Shown here piece after piece: positions 39,170 through 49,061 of a stretch of 49,671 bases of DNA; the first letter of the stretch is position 1, and each line of letters starts with the position of its first letter. The DNA comes from a bacterium (lineage in GTDB: Bacteria > JADJOY01): positions 1 to 49,671 of the forward strand of contig JAXLQJ010000052.1 in assembly GCA_046331705.1 (NCBI GenBank). The letters run 5' to 3'. Both the position numbers and the translations under genes were made by a program. Below the pieces are notes generated by a model that was given only the letters and a program-made list of their open reading frames with translations, was not told where the DNA came from and did not search any database.

Positions 39170-39280
39170 GCCTTCCGGGGGGCGTGCGGTATAAGGGAAT
39201 GCCGTGGCACGCCGCTCGAGATCGCACCACTGTCATCGGCAGACGAGTCGATCTCGACGAGGCCGCCACCGGGAGGCACC

Positions 39281-39895
39281 GTGGACGAACGCAAGCCGGC
39301 AGCGAATCGAGCGCGCGAATCCAGTGGGGAGTCGGCGGAGATCACGCGCGGCTTGCGGCGCGATCACGAGCTGATCCTGCGCGGCGCCACGGCGCTCGAA
39401 CGATGTGGCGCGCGCCTCTCCCAGGCGGGCGGCTCGGCACTCGAGGAACCGCGACGCCTGGAGGCATTGCTCGCGTTCTTCCGGGTCTTTCTCGATCGGT
39501 GGCATCACGCGAAGGAGGAGGAGGTGCTGGTGCCGAGCTTGCTCGCCGCCGGCGTGCCGCGCGACGCGGGGCCGCTCGCGGAGATCGTGGAGCAGCACGT
39601 GCGTGGGGCGGATCTGTTGAGTCGGCTCTCGGCCAGCGACCTGCCGACCGCGGCCCTGGCCATTCCCTCCTACACCGAGTTCCTGCGCCAGCATCTGATG
39701 CTCGAAGAGCGCAGCGTGTTCGCGTTGGCCGAGCAATCGCTCGACGGTGCTGCCAAGGACAAGCTGCTCGCCGAGTTCGAGCGAATCGACCGGCAGATGG
39801 GCGCGCCGGACGCGCTCGCGCGCTTCGAGGACGAGATCACGGGGCTGCTCGCTCCGCAGAGCGACCTGGTGAGCGCCACCCGGCCGTCGCGATAG
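39281..39895 (+). CDS. Hemerythrin (HHE) domain protein
   Basis: DHELI, HHAKEEEVL, EQH, HLMLEERSVF; GGAGG RBS. Confidence 0.88.
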   Translation: MDERKPAANRARESSGESAEITRGLRRDHELILRGATALERCGARLSQAGGSALEEPRRLEALLAFFRVFLDRWHHAKEEEVLVPSLLAAGVPRDAGPLAEIVEQHVRGADLLSRLSASDLPTAALAIPSYTEFLRQHLMLEERSVFALAEQSLDGAAKDKLLAEFERIDRQMGAPDALARFEDEITGLLAPQSDLVSATRPSR

Positions 39896-40111
39896 CTCGA
39901 ATCCCTCGCAGCGCTGAGCCCCGAGCTCCGAGCGGAGCGTCCGGGCGCTCGGCACCGCGCTTGCTCCTTCCGCCACGCGAATGACGTCGGGCCACCTGGC
40001 TCGCGTCGGGTTCGCATGCCTTCGCGTGGCTTCTGGATCTCGGCCCGATCGACCGACTCCGGGTTGGTTCGCTCGCGGCGTCTGGCCCGCCGATCTCGCG
40101 TGCGCTCGGCG

Positions 40112-41191
40112 ATGCTGGAGGTGCCGGGGTGGGGGGCAGCCCTCGCGCTCGCCTCGCTCGCGCTTGCCGCGCCGTCCGTGGCGTTCGCTGGCGAGGCCGC
40201 GGAGGCGTGCGATGCGTCCACCGGCTCGCCGCCGGGCGAGCTGCTCACGGGACCGCGCGGCGAGCAATTCCGTCCCGAGAACCAAGCCTGCCCCGACGAT
40301 TTCGTGGCCCCATCGTGCGAGGGCGGCACGGTGCTGCGGTACCGCGATCCGGAGGATCCGAGCGGCATCACGCGATACGCGTGCGCCGCGGCGCCGTCCC
40401 GGGCCGCGAATCTGCCCCTGGTGGTCTTTCTGCACCCGTCGCGGGTCGAGAGCGTCGATGGGGTCTTCGGCGGAGCCGGACGCGTTCCGTCCTCCACGCG
40501 GCTCCTGGCGCAATCGACCTCGACCTCGCTGGCGCCGAGCACCACGGGCTTCGTGCTGCTCATGCCGCAAGGACGCTGCATGCGGTCGCCGCCCGATTCC
40601 TCCGGCGACGGCTCGCGCTTCGACGTCTGGTACCAGGATCCCGACCGCAACCTGGACGTGCGCGCCACCGAGGCGTTCATCGACCAGCTCGCGCGCCGCG
40701 CCACCGAGGACGAGCGTGGCGAGCGCGTGGCGCTGCCCGCGGCGTTCGGCGGCTTCGATCGCACGCGGGTCTACCTGATGGGCTGGTCCAACGGTGCCTA
40801 CCTGGCGCACCTGATGGCGCTCACGCATGCCGATCGGATCGCCGCGGTCGCGACGTTCGCCGCTGGCGATCCGTTCGCGCGCGGCCCGTGCGTCACGCCG
40901 CTGCCCGCGCCCACGCGCAAGGTGCCGATCCTGGTGGTGCAGGCGAGCTGCGATCCACTCATGTTCTGCAGCGAGACCAGCGCATGGATCGCGCGGCTGC
41001 GCGACGCCGGCTGGGCGAGCGACACCGCTCGCATCGTGGTCACGGACACCGCCAAGGTGCAGGTCGTGGGTAGCTGCGATCAGGGCTCGGCGACCCAGCA
41101 GCGCGAGTGCCCGAAGGCCGCCCATTTCACGTACGCCAACCCGCAGCTTGCGACCATGTACGCGTTCCTGCGGCAGCACGCGCTCCCATGA
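40112..41191 (+). CDS. Secreted alpha/beta-hydrolase (PHB depolymerase/LpqC-like esterase)
   Basis: Signal peptide; LPLVVFLH, YLMGWSNGAY nucleophile elbow, DP and C-terminal His; start uncertain. Confidence 0.75.
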   Translation: MLEVPGWGAALALASLALAAPSVAFAGEAAEACDASTGSPPGELLTGPRGEQFRPENQACPDDFVAPSCEGGTVLRYRDPEDPSGITRYACAAAPSRAANLPLVVFLHPSRVESVDGVFGGAGRVPSSTRLLAQSTSTSLAPSTTGFVLLMPQGRCMRSPPDSSGDGSRFDVWYQDPDRNLDVRATEAFIDQLARRATEDERGERVALPAAFGGFDRTRVYLMGWSNGAYLAHLMALTHADRIAAVATFAAGDPFARGPCVTPLPAPTRKVPILVVQASCDPLMFCSETSAWIARLRDAGWASDTARIVVTDTAKVQVVGSCDQGSATQQRECPKAAHFTYANPQLATMYAFLRQHALP

Positions 41192-42768
41192 CGAGCGAGC
41201 ATCACCTCGCGACGGGCGTGCACCCCACGGCCATGCGCCAGCGAGTGGGGCGCGCTCGGGCGGCGTTGTCGCGGACGCTCGTTCTGGCAATGGCGCTGGT
41301 TGCGGCGGCGTGCGATTCGCGTTCGCCGGCGACGAGCGCGGGGCGCGCCGATCTGCCGGTCGGCGAGCTCGGCGACGCGGCGTTGATGTCGGACGGGCGG
41401 CTGGTCACCGCGGGGCACACCGGTGTGGATGGCTCGCGCAACCTGGTGGTGCTCGCGTTCGACGAGACCGGAGTGCCGCGCTGGCTCCAGCAGGAGTCGA
41501 CCGACCCCACGACGGATGCACGCGCCGAGGCGGTCGCCGTGGATGCGGTCGATCGTGTGGTCGTCGTGGGGAACGTGCTGGCCGCGAACGGGAGCCGCGG
41601 TGTCGTCTACGGCTACGACGCGGACGGGGGGCGGCTGTGGCGGATCGAGCCGTGGCCGGAGCACTCGTCCGAGCTCTATGCGCTCGCGGTCGACGGCGAG
41701 AGCGCGTACGTGACCGGATTCGCGCGCGCCGAGGAACGGGCGTCCGACCAATTCGTTCCACCCACCCAGGGACTCCTGGTGGCGCGCATCGACACGCGCT
41801 CCGGCGCGCTCGCATGGCGTGACGTCGCGCTCCTCACGCCGGACCCGCTGCGAATCAGCGCGGGGCTCTCGATCGCCGCGCATCCGAGCGGGCGCGTGGG
41901 AGTCGCCGGTGTGATCGGTTTTCCCGACTCGAGCGTCGCCTGGTTCAGCGGATGCTGGGCCGCGGATGGCGAGCGGCTCTGGCAGGACGTGCGCGCTGGC
42001 GACGAGCATCCGCGGGCCCCTTCTGCAGAATCGGGACAGATCGACGTGGCTCGCGAAGCGGCGTTCGATGAGGAAGGCAATCTCTACGTCGTGGGGGACC
42101 TCGCCGGGTCGGGAGTCGACGGCGATCTGACGTTGGTGAAGCTCGGTGTGGACGGTCGCGAGGAATGGCTGTTCCGGCGCGACGAGGTGTTGCCGGACGG
42201 AATGCAGAGCTTCGACGAGGGAGATGCGCTGGCCGTGGATGCCGATGGCGTGTTCCTCGCCGGCGGAACGGCCCAGGTGGTGGATGGCTACGTCGAGGCC
42301 GAGGGATTGACCGCGAGCCTCGATTCGCGCGGCGCGCTGCGATGGTTCGCTCCGCTCTCGTCGCCGTCGCTCTCCGGCGAGATGGTGAGCGACCTGGCGG
42401 TCGGCCCGCAAGGCAGTGTCGTCTACGGCGGCTCCGACTCGGTGGGAGTGGCGCTCGAGACGTTGGTGGTCGAGCGAGTGGATCGCGGGGGGCGGCCGCT
42501 CTGGACCACGCACCTCGAGTCGGATCGCGCGGGATCGGGGACCGAAGGTCGCGTGGAGCGAATCCGCGTGGGGGTCGCAGGCGAGGTGTTCGCGGTGGGG
42601 TACGACCGCTCGAGCCCGGAAGCGCTCGCCGAGCCGCTGGCATTGCGGCTCGATCCGGACACCGGCGCCGCGGCGTGGACCTATCCGCCGGGCCTCGCCG
42701 CGCGCTTGACGTTCCAGCGCGCCGCTCCCGAGCAGTCCCCAGCGCTCGGCGGCGACGTTCCGCCCTGA
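41188..42768 (+). CDS. Beta-propeller repeat lipoprotein
   Basis: Lipobox AAAC; repeated AVAVD...V.G...D.DG..LW units; ATGA overlap with the esterase gene. Confidence 0.72.
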   Translation: MTSEHHLATGVHPTAMRQRVGRARAALSRTLVLAMALVAAACDSRSPATSAGRADLPVGELGDAALMSDGRLVTAGHTGVDGSRNLVVLAFDETGVPRWLQQESTDPTTDARAEAVAVDAVDRVVVVGNVLAANGSRGVVYGYDADGGRLWRIEPWPEHSSELYALAVDGESAYVTGFARAEERASDQFVPPTQGLLVARIDTRSGALAWRDVALLTPDPLRISAGLSIAAHPSGRVGVAGVIGFPDSSVAWFSGCWAADGERLWQDVRAGDEHPRAPSAESGQIDVAREAAFDEEGNLYVVGDLAGSGVDGDLTLVKLGVDGREEWLFRRDEVLPDGMQSFDEGDALAVDADGVFLAGGTAQVVDGYVEAEGLTASLDSRGALRWFAPLSSPSLSGEMVSDLAVGPQGSVVYGGSDSVGVALETLVVERVDRGGRPLWTTHLESDRAGSGTEGRVERIRVGVAGEVFAVGYDRSSPEALAEPLALRLDPDTGAAAWTYPPGLAARLTFQRAAPEQSPALGGDVPP

Positions 42769-42823
42769 CGATCGAAGCCGTGCGGGTCGTCGGCACGGAA
42801 CGGCCAGGCGACTCCGTCCCGGC

Positions 42824-43798
42824 TCAGCTGCGTGGGTCGGACGGCGGCGCCAGCGTGCTGGGGCGGCCGAGGTCGAGAGCCGTGTGGAGAAACGCGACGA
42901 TGCCCGGCGCGTCGTTCGCCAACCAGCAGCCGAGGTCGCGTGGATTGAAGCGCCAGAACACCTGGCGCGATCGAAAGCGGCCGAGGTCCACCCACGCCGG
43001 GTAGTGCTCCACGCACAGCGCCCAGGAGTCCAGCTCGTGATGCTGGAAGTCCTCTTGCTCGCCGATGTAGCGATCGAGCGACGCCCACGAAAGCCTTCGG
43101 TAGCGCGCATCCCGCTGCTTCGAGGAGAACGCTCCGCACAGCACGCGGTAGGCGCGGTGGTGCGCCGGTGACGTGACGAGCGGCGGGATCAGCGTCCCCC
43201 AGGTGGAGTGCAGGTTGGCGCTGGCCGCGAAGCGCTCCGCGCGATGGAGCTCGGCGAGCGCCCGGGTCTCGGGCTCGCTCAGCGGGTGCGCGCCTCGATA
43301 GAACGCGTTCGCGGGGTCGTCCGATCCGGTGCGCCAGCCTCCCAGGTTCGCGAGCACGGGTCGCGACGGCGCGGGCAGCGGGAAGTTCCGATTGAGATCG
43401 ACGCCGCGTGCGTTGGTGCGCAGCGCCTTGAGCGGGCCGCGTCCTTCCTCTTCCCAGGTCCGCGCGTAGCCATCCGGGTTGAGCGAAGGCAGCACCCAGA
43501 CCTCGGCGCGGTCACGCAGCCGGGCGAGCTCGGGAGAAGGTGAGGCGAATCCCTCGATCAACGCGAGAGCGTTCTCGCAGCCGATGTACTCGAGGCCGTG
43601 GATTCCCGCGCACACCAGCACTCGCTCGCGACCCGCGGTGCGCGCGCTCGGCGCTGCCGGCACTCGTGCGGCGAGGATCGCGCGGCCTTCTCGGCTGGTG
43701 CCGATCGAGAGCACCTCGCCGCCCGCGGCACTCGCCGCAGCGCGCAGGCGCGCGTCGCGAGTCTCGGGTGAGCAATAGGGGGCGAGAGCGAGGCTCAC
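42824..43798 (-). CDS. M14 zinc carboxypeptidase family protein
   Basis: GIHGLE (HxxE), LNPDG, RTNARGVDLNRNF, SEPET, NLHS. Confidence 0.9.
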   Translation of the reverse strand: MSLALAPYCSPETRDARLRAAASAAGGEVLSIGTSREGRAILAARVPAAPSARTAGRERVLVCAGIHGLEYIGCENALALIEGFASPSPELARLRDRAEVWVLPSLNPDGYARTWEEEGRGPLKALRTNARGVDLNRNFPLPAPSRPVLANLGGWRTGSDDPANAFYRGAHPLSEPETRALAELHRAERFAASANLHSTWGTLIPPLVTSPAHHRAYRVLCGAFSSKQRDARYRRLSWASLDRYIGEQEDFQHHELDSWALCVEHYPAWVDLGRFRSRQVFWRFNPRDLGCWLANDAPGIVAFLHTALDLGRPSTLAPPSDPRS

Positions 43799-43852
43799 GG
43801 CCGCTACACCAAGGCGGCGCGCGCCGACTTCACGCGCTCGGTGCGCGCCCCA

Positions 43853-44776
43853 TCACTTCTCGGGCGCCAACGCCGGTTCGATGATTTGCTGGAAGCTCTC
43901 GAAGGGCTGGGCGCCGCTCAGGCTCTCGCCGTTGATGAAGAAGGCGGGCGTGCCGCTGACGCCGATGCTGCTCGCTTCCGCCGCTTGCGCCTTCACTTCC
44001 GGCAAGGACTCGCGGTCGTCGAAGCATTTGTTCCACTTGGCCATGTCGATCTTGGTGCCCTTCAGCAGCTCTTGCGACTTCGCCTTGAGGTTCTCGGGGT
44101 TGATGTCGCCTTGATGCTCGAAGAAGCCGCGGTAGGCGGCCCAGAAGGCGTCGGCGCTCTGGCGCTTCGCGCACTCCGCGGCGACCGCGGCAGGCTCGGC
44201 CCAGGGATGGAAGGGCAGCGGGTAGTGCTTGTAATAGAACTTCACCTTGCCCTCGTAGCGCTTGAGCACCTCGTTCTCGACGGTGTCGTAGCCGCGGGAG
44301 CAGTAGGGGCATTGGAAGTCCGAGTACTCGACGATCGTCACCTTGGCGTCGGCGGGACCGCGGAAGGGCTGGCCTTCGAGGTTGATCTTGGTCGCGGTGC
44401 TCTTCGCCTGATCGCGCGCTTCCTTGGCGAGGTCGACCGTGACGTCCTGGGGAGTGCCGAACATCGCCCAGTGGCCGTCGGCGGTGATCACGAACGGCAC
44501 GGTCTGGCGCTTGGGCGGCTGTCCGATCTCGAGCGCGCCTTCCTTCAGCCCAGCGAAGGCCGTGGACGGCCGCACCGGCGAGACCGTGATCGGCACCTGT
44601 CGCGGGACGTTCGCCTTGTTGCGGAAGAAGCTCTCCAGCTGATTGGCGTTCGCGAGTGGAGCGGCGGCTTCGGGCGTCGCGGTCGCGGGCGCTTCCGGTT
44701 GCTTGGCGGCGCAGCCGGCGAGCCCGGCGAGCGTGAGGGCGACGGCGGTGAAGCGCGTGAACGATCGCGATGCCAT
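43853..44776 (-). CDS. DsbA/thioredoxin-fold lipoprotein
   Basis: Lipobox LAGC; EYSDFQCPYC, YPLPFH, GVSGTPAFFING. Confidence 0.93.
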   Translation of the reverse strand: MASRSFTRFTAVALTLAGLAGCAAKQPEAPATATPEAAAPLANANQLESFFRNKANVPRQVPITVSPVRPSTAFAGLKEGALEIGQPPKRQTVPFVITADGHWAMFGTPQDVTVDLAKEARDQAKSTATKINLEGQPFRGPADAKVTIVEYSDFQCPYCSRGYDTVENEVLKRYEGKVKFYYKHYPLPFHPWAEPAAVAAECAKRQSADAFWAAYRGFFEHQGDINPENLKAKSQELLKGTKIDMAKWNKCFDDRESLPEVKAQAAEASSIGVSGTPAFFINGESLSGAQPFESFQQIIEPALAPEK

Positions 44777-44920
44777 TCGGTCTCCGTCGTGCGGCTACGT
44801 CGAGGGAGCGCTACCATCCCGCGCTTCCCGGCGCGGGGCAAGCGGCGTGGACGGTTCGCGCGACGGGAGCCACCGCGCGGCGCGCGGCAGCATCCGCCAG
44901 GAGCGACGGCGCCGCGGCGA

Positions 44921-47662
44921 TCAGTGGTGGTGCGGCGTCGCCGCACGCGCCGCGGAGGCATGCGCGCTGGGCAAGACCCACGGATCGATGAGCAGGCCCT
45001 CCGGCGGCGCTTGCAGCGCCGTGCTAGGGCTGCCCGGCCCGTGTCCCGGCGGGATCCAGGCCGCCGGAATGTTGCCGAAGACGCGTCGCGGCGGCTGCAG
45101 CGGCTGGCGTCGCGGATCGTTCTCGGTGGTCACGTCGGGGTGGAGGTCGAGCGCCGCCAGCGATAGCCCGCCCTTTCCGTGCTCGCTGTGGCAGGTCAGG
45201 CAGAACGCGTTCTGCGACGAATCGGGACGCGGCGCGCCGGCGCGCAGCGGTCCCTCCGGGAAGTTGATGGCCTGCCGAACGGACGTGGTGCCCGCCGGGA
45301 CGTTCGTGAGATTCGCGGCGTAGTCGCGGGTGTAATCGTGGTGGCAGAGGAAGCGCGCGGTGGGCGAGCCGATCCCCGCGGCGGCGGCGATCTCGGCGTG
45401 CGCCCACGCCGGATAGTCCGCGGCGGCCTGAGCGAGCGCTTCGTCGGCGTCGATGCGCGCGAGCGTCCCGTGGGCGTGGTTGCACGCGACCTCGGGATTC
45501 ACGTCGTGGGCGAGGACCTTGAAGTCGTCGATCCAGCCGCGAACGCCCGTGGCGGTCTGGCCCGCGTCGCCGAGCGCGAGCTCGCCTTCGCTCATCGCGA
45601 ACAGCGGCGTCGTCGATTCGAAGCGGTCGAGCGGGAACCCATCGTGGAGCAGTGTGACGGTGTGGCCTTGGTTCGTGATCCGGAACCCGAGGTGGAGCCA
45701 GCCCGCAGGCGTGGGCGGCAGCGTGATCTGGTGGATCACCGCGCCGTCGAGGGTGTACTCGACGGCGTCGCGACCCGCGACGCGAATGGCGCTTCCGTCC
45801 GGGAAGGTGGCGAGCGCACGCGACTCGTCGTCGCTCGTGCGCGGGTCGAGGAACGCCCCGACGTACCAGCTCACGTCGCGGATCGAACGCGTCTGCGCGG
45901 GCACCGGGTAGCGAACGGCATTCGCGCCGGTGAGCCAGAACCCCTTGCCCTGGATGCCGCCGAGCGCCGCCGGCTCGATGCGGCCGGTGCGCGCGGTGAC
46001 GCGACCGTAGGGCGGCAGCTTCCAACCCAGCGACGTCGCCGCGTTCTGGACGTGGATGTCCTCGGCGAGGTCGGGTGCGAGGAGGTTGAAGTCCGGCTGC
46101 GCGATCGGAAGCACCAGCGTGCGCACCTGCCCGTTCCAGTACTTGGGAGTGGTGACCGTCTCGCCGCGCTCGTTGTAGAGCGGCGTGATCGAGGCCTGCA
46201 TGTTCGAGACGATGAAGGCGTTGGGATCGACGTAGTCGTCGAACGCGATCTCCTCGCTGCCGACTCCGGTGCTCATGAGCCACACGACGTCGCGCGGGCT
46301 GATGGGCGTGGCGTCGGGGTCGTAGTTGAAGAGGTTCATCACCGAATCGAGGATGTTCGGGTTGTGCGTGTAGCCGGCCGGATACGGCCCGCCCTCGTCG
46401 CGCTCGCGCGGATCGATGAAGCGGCCCGAGCCGAGTCGCACTTCCACGTCGTTTCCGGATGCGTCGCGATAGAGCTTCACCAGGTAGTGGGTGCGCGGGG
46501 TCACGCCGATCGCCCAATCGAGGTTGTTGATCAGCCCGTCCAGGTGCACGAACTTGCCGTGCGTCCACAGCCCGCCGACGAGGAAGCCGCGGTCCCAGTC
46601 GATGCTCTCGTCGTAGGACTCGCACCCGGCGGTCACGCAGCGGCTCGGGTATTCCTCGCTCGATTGCTCGGACATGCGGCCCTGCACCGCGGCCATGAAC
46701 ACGTTGGTGCCATCGCGATCCACCCACGGGTAGGTGCCCGAGACGTCCTCGCCGTCGGCGATGGGATTGCCCTCGGCGTCGCGGAACGGGTACGCGGCGA
46801 GGCCGTAGCGGCCGACCATGTGCGGATCGAACGGGGCGTGCGAGATCGGGTTGAACTGCGTCCATCTCGTCACGTCGCAGGGCGCGGCGTCGTCGGGCAG
46901 CACCGAGTAGGCGAGGTCGTAGAAGCGGATCTTGGTCTCGCCGGTTTCGGGGTTGGTCCAGCCGCGCGGGGCGCGGCCCCAGCGGCCGGTGAGCAAGCGG
47001 CCGTCGCGGGTGACGGCGGGCTCGGTCCACTCGTTGGTGAGCGGGATGAAGGCGCCGGCGACGGGCGTGCCGAGGTCGGCGCGGACGATGCGTGCCGTGG
47101 GAGTCTTGGGATCCTCGACCTCGATCTCGACCGGCGTGCCCCAGAGCTGCGATCCGAGGATCGAGTTCGAGGTGGTGCTGATGACCGTGAAGTCGTAGCA
47201 ATCGTGATTGCCGTCGGGGCCGCACGGCTGCGGATTCGGGTGCTCGCCCGGGAAGGGGAAGGGCCGGGTGGCGTCGCAGATGGCGTGGTGGCCGAGCCGC
47301 GTGACGGCGGGGTCGAGCGCGGGTGGGAACGGCACGTCGAAGGGGGCGGGCTCGGCGAGGATCTCGGCGCCCGGCGGACCCGTCATGATCGGCTCGGCGA
47401 GGCGCTCGGGAGCGAACAGGTAGAACGACAGGTTGTGCGAGAGATCGAAGGTGCCGGGCGGCCCGCCCTGGACCCGGATCGCGACGCGACCGTCCATGGT
47501 GGTGCGGTGGCCGGGCACGAACGGGTGGGTGAACTGCACGTCGTCGTCGATCATCGCGACGTCGCGCTGGATCGCAGGTGGCTCGGGGCGCTCGGCGCGG
47601 GTGCAGCTCGCGAGCAGGATCAGCGCCGACAGGGAAGCAGCGGCTCGGCCGTGGGGACGCAT
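44921..47662 (-). CDS. Large hypothetical lipoprotein with LamG-like segment and one CxxCH motif
   Basis: Lipobox LASC; WLHLGF...GVRGWIDDFKV; FCLTCH; GAGG RBS; consistent codon bias. Confidence 0.8.
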   Translation of the reverse strand: MRPHGRAAASLSALILLASCTRAERPEPPAIQRDVAMIDDDVQFTHPFVPGHRTTMDGRVAIRVQGGPPGTFDLSHNLSFYLFAPERLAEPIMTGPPGAEILAEPAPFDVPFPPALDPAVTRLGHHAICDATRPFPFPGEHPNPQPCGPDGNHDCYDFTVISTTSNSILGSQLWGTPVEIEVEDPKTPTARIVRADLGTPVAGAFIPLTNEWTEPAVTRDGRLLTGRWGRAPRGWTNPETGETKIRFYDLAYSVLPDDAAPCDVTRWTQFNPISHAPFDPHMVGRYGLAAYPFRDAEGNPIADGEDVSGTYPWVDRDGTNVFMAAVQGRMSEQSSEEYPSRCVTAGCESYDESIDWDRGFLVGGLWTHGKFVHLDGLINNLDWAIGVTPRTHYLVKLYRDASGNDVEVRLGSGRFIDPRERDEGGPYPAGYTHNPNILDSVMNLFNYDPDATPISPRDVVWLMSTGVGSEEIAFDDYVDPNAFIVSNMQASITPLYNERGETVTTPKYWNGQVRTLVLPIAQPDFNLLAPDLAEDIHVQNAATSLGWKLPPYGRVTARTGRIEPAALGGIQGKGFWLTGANAVRYPVPAQTRSIRDVSWYVGAFLDPRTSDDESRALATFPDGSAIRVAGRDAVEYTLDGAVIHQITLPPTPAGWLHLGFRITNQGHTVTLLHDGFPLDRFESTTPLFAMSEGELALGDAGQTATGVRGWIDDFKVLAHDVNPEVACNHAHGTLARIDADEALAQAAADYPAWAHAEIAAAAGIGSPTARFLCHHDYTRDYAANLTNVPAGTTSVRQAINFPEGPLRAGAPRPDSSQNAFCLTCHSEHGKGGLSLAALDLHPDVTTENDPRRQPLQPPRRVFGNIPAAWIPPGHGPGSPSTALQAPPEGLLIDPWVLPSAHASAARAATPHHH

Positions 47663-47963
47663 CCGGTCGACCTCTTCTTGGTGGGGGCGGAAGGATGGAA
47701 GCGAGCCGCTCGCGCATGAGCCCGAGCGGCGCTTCAGTTATACGGCCCTCACCGAGTCCCGGTCCAGCGGCGCGGCGGGACATGACGGCTCATCGCTGAC
47801 GACCCGCGGCGGCGTCAGCGCGTGCCTTCGTGGGGTGCCCCGCGTGGGGTGGGCTCGACGAGTGCTGACCCGCCGCGTGCGCGCGGCGCGGTCGTCTCGT
47901 CGGCGTCGCGGCGCAGCCGGGGGGGAGCGGCGGCGCGAGACGGGATGCTGCTATCGTCGAATC

Positions 47964-48887
47964 ATGCGCGCGAACCGATCCAGGCCCCTCACTGCGGTGC
48001 TCGTCGCCTTCCTCGCCCTCGTCGTCACGCCGCTCGGAGCGTGCGTTCCCGCCGAGTGGCTCTACTCGTTCGTGGTGATCGCCGATCCGCACATCGCGGG
48101 CTCGGCGGATCACGACGCTCGGCTTCAGGACGCGATCCACTGGATCAACGCCAACCGCGAAGCCGAGAAGATCGAGCTGGTGTTGCTCCTCGGCGACATC
48201 GCGTGGGGTACCGGCGAGGTCACGCGCACCCGCGGCATGCTGGACGCGCTCGAGATTCCGTACGTCCCGGTGATCGGCGACAACGAGATCCACAACGGCG
48301 ACGAGGCGCAGGTCGCGGCGGAGTGGGCGTCTCATTACCAGCTGCTGGCGACGCAGCTCACCGGCTTCAGCATGGCGCCCACGCCGGTCTGGAACCCGGA
48401 ATTCGGGAAGCTCAGCTATTTCGTGAACTTCGCGTTCCAGCACCGAGGGGTCTCGTTCGTGGCGATGGATTGGGTTTCGCGACTCATGGACGTGATCCTC
48501 GGTGAGCAAGCCGAGCTCCACGATTTCGAGGGTGGCACCTGGCCGTGGTTCGTCGACGCCATGCGCGCCGCGCCCTCGGAGCGGCTGGAGAACATCGTGA
48601 TGCTGAGCCACCACCCGATGCACCTGCAATCGCTCGGGGCGTTCGATTCCAACGAGCTGGCGCGCATCGAGGGCGAGACCGCGCTGCGCGGCGATCGCGT
48701 GTACGCGAATTTCGCCGGCCACTACCACTTCTCGTTCCAGCACAGCGATCCGGTCGGTCAGTACGACGTGTACATCACCGATGCGACCTGGGACGACGAC
48801 AACGTCGTACGGGTGGTGCGCGTCAAGGACGACGGCACCACGATGAGCTACGAGCACCGCGAGGTGGTCGTGCCTGTCGGCGGCTAG
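47964..48887 (+). CDS. Calcineurin-like metallophosphoesterase lipoprotein
   Basis: Lipobox LGAC; IADPH, LLGDI, IGDNE, SHHP, FAGHYH. Confidence 0.85.
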   Translation: MRANRSRPLTAVLVAFLALVVTPLGACVPAEWLYSFVVIADPHIAGSADHDARLQDAIHWINANREAEKIELVLLLGDIAWGTGEVTRTRGMLDALEIPYVPVIGDNEIHNGDEAQVAAEWASHYQLLATQLTGFSMAPTPVWNPEFGKLSYFVNFAFQHRGVSFVAMDWVSRLMDVILGEQAELHDFEGGTWPWFVDAMRAAPSERLENIVMLSHHPMHLQSLGAFDSNELARIEGETALRGDRVYANFAGHYHFSFQHSDPVGQYDVYITDATWDDDNVVRVVRVKDDGTTMSYEHREVVVPVGG

Positions 48888-48903
48888 CCTTCCAATTCAG
48901 GTG

Positions 48904-48920
48904 CCACCCACCTTGGGTGG
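48904..48920. repeat. Perfect hairpin, candidate REP or terminal hairpin of the HUH element
   Basis: CCACCCA-CCT-TGGGTGG, about 140 nt upstream of the transposase ATG. Confidence 0.5.
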
Positions 48921-49061
48921 AGTCGTGCGTGGTCCGAAGTGCGCCCTCGGAGGCGCAGCGCTGCGAACCGTGCGACGCAGCGTCCGGGCCACGCTCGCAA
49001 GAAAGTGAGTCGATTCGATGACCATCGGTTCGGCCCGAATCCTGCGTGGAGCCGGATCGTC

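Noticed and set aside
39090-39200. Possible riboswitch or ncRNA between the EF-hand and hemerythrin genes
   Set aside because: I could not match any known aptamer consensus; the palindrome is better explained as a protein-binding site. An Infernal/Rfam scan would settle it.
39205-39220. TGGCAC-N5-TCGAG upstream of the hemerythrin gene
   Set aside because: Lacks the conserved GC at -12.
47737-47766. TGGACC-18 nt-TATAAC as the promoter of the 913-aa gene
   Set aside because: Plausible, but too weak to list without TSS data.
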